From NCBI GenBank assembly GCA_965204725.1, contig OZ242005.1, positions 1,120,001 through 1,184,000 on the forward strand: a DNA stretch of 64,000 bases. The letters run 5' to 3'. The position numbers and the translations under genes are program-made. Position 1 is the first letter of the stretch. Each line of letters begins with the position of its first letter. This document shows positions 58,000 through 64,000 of this stretch, in pieces. Source of the DNA: Candidatus Latescibacterota bacterium (GTDB lineage Bacteria; Latescibacterota; UBA2968; UBA8231). The notes under the pieces were generated by a model, which worked only from the letters and a program-made list of their open reading frames with translations, was not told the origin of the DNA and ran no database searches.

Positions 58000-59936
58000 C
58001 GGCTGGCCGAAAGCTCCGCATCCCAGAGGGTGCGGTTGTCTTTGGAAATCCACTGGCCGACCCGGATGCGGTCAATGGTGTAGGCGGGAAGTTGGGCGAT
58101 CGCGATGCACTGGTCGCCGACCCGGAAGCCGCGGAAGTAGAAATAGAAGCCGAGGCTGTCAAAGCCGTGCCGCTGGCGGTGAGCTGGCAGGTCGGCCGGA
58201 TTGGCGGGGGTGACTTGCAAAACAAACTTCGCCTGCACGTCGGCGGGGACGCACGGCTCTTTGCGGTAAATTAGCGTGCGTCCGGTGCGATGCACGCCCC
58301 AGCCAGCGCGGACCACTCGCTCGCTGGCCTGTTGGATGAGTTGGTCTATGTAGCGTTGTTTCTGGGCGCGATGCCTTTCCGCATCGAAGGGTTCGGCGGC
58401 CGTGCGGCGGAACACGACGCCGTCGGCTAGTTCGGCCACGATTTCCATACCGGGCAGGACCCGGAGGTCAAGGTCGTCGAAGCCATACCAAGATCGATTA
58501 TAGTACCTATAAAACCAAACGATACGCGCCCCGGCCTCGAGCTCGGCCCACCCCATCTTGTGCGGGACTAATCGGTACTTTCCCAACTTATCTTGGGCGG
58601 CGGCCCGATCCGCAAACCAAGCAAGGTTTCTCTTGTTGCTGTAAATCCTGCCCTCAATAGGGTTGTCTCGGATATAGTTCAGGAGCTCGGAATGTTGCCA
58701 ACGGGCGGTATTGTACGACCAGTATCTGTATCCGGCGACATGAGCTTGGGTGGTAAGACGGAGGTTTTCTCGCGCCGAGAAGCCGACGTGGGTGAGGGTG
58801 CCCAGCAAGACGAGGGACGCTACAACGTACCGGACGGCAACTACCCGACTCGCCGCCTCGCTGGACAGGAACCGATCCAGCAGCAACACCGCCGCCAACA
58901 GCAACGGCACGTATATCGGCAGCAGGTAGCGGCTGTCGATTATCTGACCAACCGTGAGGGGCACGACGGCGACCAAGAATGCGATATAGCCCACGGTGAA
59001 CGCCCCGAATGGGATAGCCCCTTCTGGGCCATGCCTGCGACCGCGAAGGATGATCGCTGCGCCGGCTAGCCCGATCGCCGCGACTGCCAACCACAGCAGA
59101 TACGCAAGTCCATCCGGCGTTTTCGGGGGAACGACCCACTTGCAGAACACCTCGACGATCTGGTTTAGCCCACCGGATAGGGACTGTCCCGAAGGCTCTC
59201 TGTTTCCTGTCGCCCGGGCCAGGTTGCCGGTGACCACCCAATTACGCGCCAATACTGCCAGCAAGGGCAGGGACGAGACCGCGCCAAAGACGAGGGTGTG
59301 CTTCAGTCGGGCGAGAGGCAGCAGAATGAGGATGCCGACGCCGATTAAGACCACGCCCGGATAGCGGGTTAGCGCGGCCAACGCGGTGAAAACCGTCGCC
59401 CACCACAGGGGTGCGTCCGTCCGCCGGTTGAGGAAGGTCGCTAACTGGATCAAGGCGAGGAGCGCAAGCAGGACGAAGAGGGGCTCGGTCAAGAAGTGGG
59501 CTGCCCAATGGCTCAAGGGCAAGGAGGCCACGAGGGTCGCGGTGGCCGCTAGTGCCAGCAGCCGCGACCGGAGATTCGAGCGCAGCCAGCACCCGGCGGC
59601 GAGAATGGTCAGCCCGAAGGCGGTGGCGTTGATCCACCGACCCGCTTCTAGCGGCTCGATACCGACCCAACCGAAGGCCGTCAGCAACAGGGGGAACAAG
59701 GGCGGCCATAACGTCAGCGGACTGCCCTCGAAATCTCGCCAGCCCTCTCCGGCGAGGAAGTTCAGGGCCGTAGAAAGGAAAATTACGGAGTCGTAGTTGA
59801 CCGCGGCACCGTAGGTGGCGGTGCGGACGAGGATGTGGGCGGTGCCCAGCCCGGCGAGGACGACGATGAGCAGCGTGAAGCGGTCGCGCCAGAACCGGGC
59901 GAGCCACTCAAATGCGGAGCGGTTCACATCCCCCAT
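57996..59936 (-). CDS. GT-C membrane glycosyltransferase, paralog 3
   Basis: Same motifs; its start overlaps the end of the AAA gene. Confidence 0.75.
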   Translation of the reverse strand: MGDVNRSAFEWLARFWRDRFTLLIVVLAGLGTAHILVRTATYGAAVNYDSVIFLSTALNFLAGEGWRDFEGSPLTLWPPLFPLLLTAFGWVGIEPLEAGRWINATAFGLTILAAGCWLRSNLRSRLLALAATATLVASLPLSHWAAHFLTEPLFVLLALLALIQLATFLNRRTDAPLWWATVFTALAALTRYPGVVLIGVGILILLPLARLKHTLVFGAVSSLPLLAVLARNWVVTGNLARATGNREPSGQSLSGGLNQIVEVFCKWVVPPKTPDGLAYLLWLAVAAIGLAGAAIILRGRRHGPEGAIPFGAFTVGYIAFLVAVVPLTVGQIIDSRYLLPIYVPLLLAAVLLLDRFLSSEAASRVVAVRYVVASLVLLGTLTHVGFSARENLRLTTQAHVAGYRYWSYNTARWQHSELLNYIRDNPIEGRIYSNKRNLAWFADRAAAQDKLGKYRLVPHKMGWAELEAGARIVWFYRYYNRSWYGFDDLDLRVLPGMEIVAELADGVVFRRTAAEPFDAERHRAQKQRYIDQLIQQASERVVRAGWGVHRTGRTLIYRKEPCVPADVQAKFVLQVTPANPADLPAHRQRHGFDSLGFYFYFRGFRVGDQCIAIAQLPAYTIDRIRVGQWISKDNRTLWDAELSASR

Positions 59937-61501
59937 ACGTCAATCTCCATTCCGCCGTCCGCCACCCGACGGTCGTGAAACACTTTGTCCGCCCAACGCC
60001 GACCTTCGCCCCGGTCGAAAACCACCAGATGACCGGCGTTTGCCCCGCACCGATCCATGTACTCGGCCGTCTGTTCCACCCCCTCGGCGAGGGTCTGCTC
60101 CAAGCTCTTGTGCAGCATTTTACACTCGACCACTACCTTGCGCGTCTGCTCGCCCTGCGGCCACAAAATCAGCAGATCCGTGCGCATCCGCCCGAGGCCA
60201 TATTCGCGCTCGATCCGCCCGCCGCTGTTGACGATCCGCTGTAAGAAAGCCTGCAATAGCAACTGCGGCCCCGCTTCTTTGTACGCGAACCGCTCGACCC
60301 AGTGCTCGGAATGCGCGCGAAAGAATGCTTGGAACGCCGTTAGCAGTTTGTCCATCTCCAAATGGCCTTCGTCGTCCACGTACCACGCGGTCTCCTGCTC
60401 GAACTCCTCTTGCACCACCCAGGTCAGTTCGCGCGGCACCACCTCGGCGTAGATTGGATTGGCTAGGCGCAACGGGCGACTTTGAGCGACCAAACCCAAA
60501 TCCCGCACATACTCCAAGTCGCGGTCGGCAAAGTGGCGCACCTCGCTTCCGCTCAACAGCGGCTCGACCACCCGGCGCACCCGCTCTTCCTTGAGCTTGT
60601 CGGCCAACTGGTCCAGATGCGTCTCGCGCCGCAGGATGAGTTGCTCTTGCGCGGCGAGGATCGCCTCGGCGGTGACGGGGCGATGCCACGCTTCGGCCAA
60701 CGCACCGGCAAAGCAGGTTTCGTAGGCCAGCGCATTGACCAGCCACGGTTGCCCTTGCGTCTGTCGCCAGATCGTCGCTAAGGTGTCGCCGGTAAAGGTC
60801 TGTCCGGTCGCCGCGGTGTGCTGCTCCAGCAGTGCCGTGACCTCGGCCTGAGAAAAGTCGCCCAGACGCAGCGACCGCGCCTTGATGTTGAACGCGCTGC
60901 CCCCGGCGATAATCGCCTGCTCCGCAGCAGATTGAATCCGGTAATCGCGCACATCCCGCACCCCGCACAGCACCACGCTCTGCGGAAACCCCGCTGGCCG
61001 CAAATCGTAGCCGGCGCGCAACTGCCGCAGCACCGACAGCAGCGCGTCGCCCATCAGCGCGTCGATTTCGTCGATCAGCAGGACCAAGGGCTTGGGATTG
61101 GCCGCGGCCCAGCGCGTCAGGGCGACTTGCAGAGCCGCGTGCGGCCCGAACTCGGCCAAGATGCCCGACCAGACCTCGAGCAGAAATTCGTCGTCCAGCG
61201 TCGCGCTCGCCCGCAACGCCAAGGTTCCCAAAAGGGTGCGTACCACCTGTTGGGCATCCTCGCGCCCGGCCTGCCCGCCTTCCACGTTGACATAGACGCA
61301 GCGATAATCCCCTTCGGCGTTGAGCAGGTCGCGCAGCGTCAGCAAGACCGATGTCTTGCCGGTCTGTCGCGGCGCGTGTAGGACAAAGTAGCGTTTTTCG
61401 CGGACGAACCGGCGCACCGCGGAAAGGTTCAGTCGGTCCAAGGGCGGAATGCAGTAGTGATCGTCGGCGACCACCGGACCGCTCGTATTAAAAAACCGCA
61501 T
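59924..61501 (-). CDS. AAA-like ATPase with C-terminal PD-(D/E)xK domain (paralog of 42280..43860)
   Basis: FFNTSGP, HAPRQTGKTS, LIDEID, EREYGLGRMRTDL…VVECK, ends VWGM. Alternative GTG start at 61519. Confidence 0.85.
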   Translation of the reverse strand: MRFFNTSGPVVADDHYCIPPLDRLNLSAVRRFVREKRYFVLHAPRQTGKTSVLLTLRDLLNAEGDYRCVYVNVEGGQAGREDAQQVVRTLLGTLALRASATLDDEFLLEVWSGILAEFGPHAALQVALTRWAAANPKPLVLLIDEIDALMGDALLSVLRQLRAGYDLRPAGFPQSVVLCGVRDVRDYRIQSAAEQAIIAGGSAFNIKARSLRLGDFSQAEVTALLEQHTAATGQTFTGDTLATIWRQTQGQPWLVNALAYETCFAGALAEAWHRPVTAEAILAAQEQLILRRETHLDQLADKLKEERVRRVVEPLLSGSEVRHFADRDLEYVRDLGLVAQSRPLRLANPIYAEVVPRELTWVVQEEFEQETAWYVDDEGHLEMDKLLTAFQAFFRAHSEHWVERFAYKEAGPQLLLQAFLQRIVNSGGRIEREYGLGRMRTDLLILWPQGEQTRKVVVECKMLHKSLEQTLAEGVEQTAEYMDRCGANAGHLVVFDRGEGRRWADKVFHDRRVADGGMEIDVWGM

Positions 61502-61515
61502 GGCGGAAGCGCCGC

Positions 61516-62778
61516 TCACTCCGCGCGCCAGACGGGCCAGTCGCGTTCTTGGAGGGTGCGCCAGAGCCGATCGAAGTCTGCGCTGCCGTCGTCTTCGCGC
61601 TCGGTGAGGCGGACGCCGGGAGCGAAGGCTTCGTCAACGCCTTGTTTCATAAGGCGCTCGGCTTGGCGCAGGTCGCGGTAGTAGTGTTTGAGACCGCCGG
61701 GTAGGGTTACGACCGAGAAATGGCGCGGCCAAGGCGGCGCGGGCATGTCGCGGTAGCGTGCGATGGCGTCCTCGTTGAGTTCCACCCCCAAGCCTCGGCC
61801 GGTGGGCACCTGCATAAAGCCGCGCTGGACCGGATGCGGCTCGACGATCAGGTCGTCGGCGTAGGTGTGATGGGCCGTTACGCCCGGCAGGGTGGCCGTG
61901 TGCATGACCGCGCCGAGGTGGCCGGCGAAGGCCGCGGTGATGCCGGTGCCGACGTATTGCAAGAGGATCGGGGTATTGGCCGCGGCAAAGGCCCAAGAAG
62001 CGGCCAGCGCGTTGCGGACGGTCTCGTGGCTACAGAGGGCGCCGTCGAAATCGCCGGCGCGCAGCCCGAGCCACGGGCCAGAAGGCTGGCGCGAAGGGCC
62101 GTCGAAGATCGTGCTGACGCCGTGGAGATAGAAGGGAATGCGGATCTGTTGGTGTAGGCGTCGCCAGCCCTCGATGTCGTAGGCGAAGATCGGCTCTTCA
62201 ATGCCTTTGACTATTGGGATCTGCTCTAGCTGGCGCAGGATGGGCAAGGCTCTTTCGACGTTGACGAGCGCGCCGTTGAAGTCGAATTCAATGCGGAAGT
62301 CGGGCGGGGCCGCCTCCTGCATCGCTTGGGCTTGCTCGACCACGTCGTAGAAGGCGCGGGCCTTGCACTTCAGGCCGCGATAGCCGCGAGACGCCGCTTC
62401 GCGCACCTCGGCGGCCGAGTCCGCGGGCGACATGCTGGGCATCCACCACCCCATGCTCACCCACTCCCGCCGCTGTTGGCCCATCAGCTTGTGGGCCGGC
62501 AGCCCGAGGTGTTTGCCCATCAGGTCGTAACAGGCCATGTCGAGGTTGAAGCGGCCAGTGCCCATGACGTGGTCGAAAGGATTGGTGCCGAGATAGGCGT
62601 CGAGCACGCCCTGCTCAAAGGGCGGGCCGGGGTTTTCGCCCAAGCCGACCAGCCCGGTATCGGTGTGCAACTTGTACACGGTCAGCTCTTCGGTCATGCC
62701 GAAGTGGTAGAACGCTTTGCGGATGCGATCTTCGTAGGGAAGGCGCAGGGGAATGACTTCAATGGCGGTGATTTTCAC
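61516..62778 (-). CDS. Mandelate racemase/muconate lactonizing enzyme family protein
   Basis: DMACYDLMGKHLGLP, LKCKAR (KxK), FDFNG, IEEP, GLGVEL. GTG start at 62778 with a GGAG RBS. Confidence 0.85.
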   Translation of the reverse strand: MKITAIEVIPLRLPYEDRIRKAFYHFGMTEELTVYKLHTDTGLVGLGENPGPPFEQGVLDAYLGTNPFDHVMGTGRFNLDMACYDLMGKHLGLPAHKLMGQQRREWVSMGWWMPSMSPADSAAEVREAASRGYRGLKCKARAFYDVVEQAQAMQEAAPPDFRIEFDFNGALVNVERALPILRQLEQIPIVKGIEEPIFAYDIEGWRRLHQQIRIPFYLHGVSTIFDGPSRQPSGPWLGLRAGDFDGALCSHETVRNALAASWAFAAANTPILLQYVGTGITAAFAGHLGAVMHTATLPGVTAHHTYADDLIVEPHPVQRGFMQVPTGRGLGVELNEDAIARYRDMPAPPWPRHFSVVTLPGGLKHYYRDLRQAERLMKQGVDEAFAPGVRLTEREDDGSADFDRLWRTLQERDWPVWRAE

Positions 62779-62889
62779 GACGTGGCTCCTGTCTGCAATG
62801 GCCCCATCCTCGGTGGCGGCAAAGGTCGGGGGAAGGTACGATTCCTTGACTTTGGATGCAAAAAAGCGATGATAGAGAAAGGGCTTAAA

Positions 62890-64000
62890 ATGCGAAAAAT
62901 TTGTCTCATGCTTTTGTGGTGGCCGGTCGCGGCATGGGGGGCCGAAGTGCCGTTTAGCCGGGGCGTCAACCTGACCAATTGGCTGCAAGCGTCGAGGGCG
63001 CAGAGCGTACACTTTGCCAAGTTTAGCCGGGCCGACTTCGCGCAAATCCAACAACTCGGTTGCGACGTGGTGCGCCTGCCGATCAATCTACACGCCATGA
63101 CCAACGGCCCGCCAGACTACCGCATAGACCCCTTGCTCTACGTTTTTCTCGATCAAATCGCAGATTGGGCCGACGAGTTGGGGCTGCATCTTATTTTGGA
63201 CAACCACTCGTTTGACCCGGCGGTGAGCACCTCCCCGGAGATCGGCGCGGTACTGGTGCCGATGTGGACCCAACTCGCCGCCCACTTTGCCGCGCATCCA
63301 GCCCGGCTCTACTACGAGATACTCAACGAGCCGCACGGCCTCAGCGACGCGGCTTGGAACGCGATTCAGCAGCAGGTGATTGACGCGATCCGGCAGGTGG
63401 ATCAGCACCACGCGATTGTCGTCGGCCCGGCCAACTGGAACAGCTTCCGCAACCTGCACCAGATGCCGGTCTTTGCCGACGACAACCTCGTGTACACGTT
63501 TCACTTCTACGAGCCTTTCGTCTTTACCCACCAAGGCGCTAGCTGGGTCAATCCCTCCCTGGTCCCGTTGCGCGGCGTGCCCTTTCCCTACGAGCGGGCG
63601 CGCATGCCGGCGTTGCCCTCGTCCTTGCTGGGCACTTGGGTCGAGCGGGCACTGGGCAACTACAGCCAAGAGGGCTCCATCGCGCAGGTGCGCCTGCTGC
63701 TTGACGAGGCCGCGGCCTTTCGGAAGGATCGCGGTGTGCCGCTGTTTTGTGGGGAATTTGGGGTGTACAGCCCCAACAGCGACCCCCGCGACCGCGTCTT
63801 GTGGTACGAGGTGGTGCGGCAGCACTTGGAGGACCGCGGCATCGCGTGGACCACTTGGGATTACCGCGGCGGTTTTGGGCTGTTTGAGCACGGGTCGAGC
63901 GAGTTATTCGAGTTTGACCTGAACGTGCCGCTGTTGGAGGCGTTGGGGCTGACCGTGCCGCAGCAACGGGATTTTGTCGCCGCGCCCGCCCCGCAGGGGT
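62890..64000 (+). CDS. Secreted glycoside hydrolase family 5 (cellulase-like), 3'-truncated by the window; absent from the ORF track
   Basis: MRKICLMLLWWPVAAWG signal, RGVNLTNW, VRLP, ILDNH, YEILNEP (acid/base), FHFY, CGEFG (nucleophile), TWD; NEP and GEFG checked to be in frame with ATG 62890. Confidence 0.9.
   Translation, partial: MRKICLMLLWWPVAAWGAEVPFSRGVNLTNWLQASRAQSVHFAKFSRADFAQIQQLGCDVVRLPINLHAMTNGPPDYRIDPLLYVFLDQIADWADELGLHLILDNHSFDPAVSTSPEIGAVLVPMWTQLAAHFAAHPARLYYEILNEPHGLSDAAWNAIQQQVIDAIRQVDQHHAIVVGPANWNSFRNLHQMPVFADDNLVYTFHFYEPFVFTHQGASWVNPSLVPLRGVPFPYERARMPALPSSLLGTWVERALGNYSQEGSIAQVRLLLDEAAAFRKDRGVPLFCGEFGVYSPNSDPRDRVLWYEVVRQHLEDRGIAWTTWDYRGGFGLFEHGSSELFEFDLNVPLLEALGLTVPQQRDFVAAPAPQG

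Noticed and set aside
53931-59936. Diversity-generating retroelement acting on the GT paralogs
   Set aside because: No reverse transcriptase in the window, and the differences are not adenine-specific.

Overview
GC-rich bacterial chromosomal segment. The gene mix (PhyH dioxygenases, Gfo/Idh/MocA and mandelate-racemase enzymes, sulfatase, Na+/solute symporter, secreted proteins with FlgD-Ig tails or a C-terminal 'S-W-G-x-[I/L]-K' motif) suggests a Latescibacterota/Poribacteria-like, possibly sponge-associated lineage; this is inference only. Core elements are tyrS and tRNA-Val(TAC). Three lower-GC defence-type blocks are present: (i) a partial sacsin/GHKL-like protein with a C-terminal HNH motif (<1-3780); (ii) a minus-strand operon (18063-28662) of a single-chain m6A restriction-modification enzyme, a helical-repeat protein, a PD-(D/E)xK nuclease, a duplicated 3' tail of the R-M gene, a C5 methyltransferase and a GHKL-ATPase/nuclease; (iii) a Type I R-M locus (33.5-44.8 kb) carrying a zeta-like ATPase pair, a Zn-finger RES protein, a vapB remnant, an AAA-nuclease and a HIRAN gene. 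Main observations: a complete Tyr-codon leader-peptide attenuator upstream of tyrS, missing from the ORF track; a two-gene candidate anti-phage cassette bracketed by 215-bp direct repeats of the R-M gene tail; three mosaic GT-C glycosyltransferase paralogs, one with a G11-A-G9 tract at its start; a tandem PhyH protein with an HxA (halogenase-like) site; and a 7-repeat propeller inserted inside a LamG domain. No CRISPR array, integrase, transposase or reverse transcriptase was seen. All family calls come from motif recognition by eye, not database searches.
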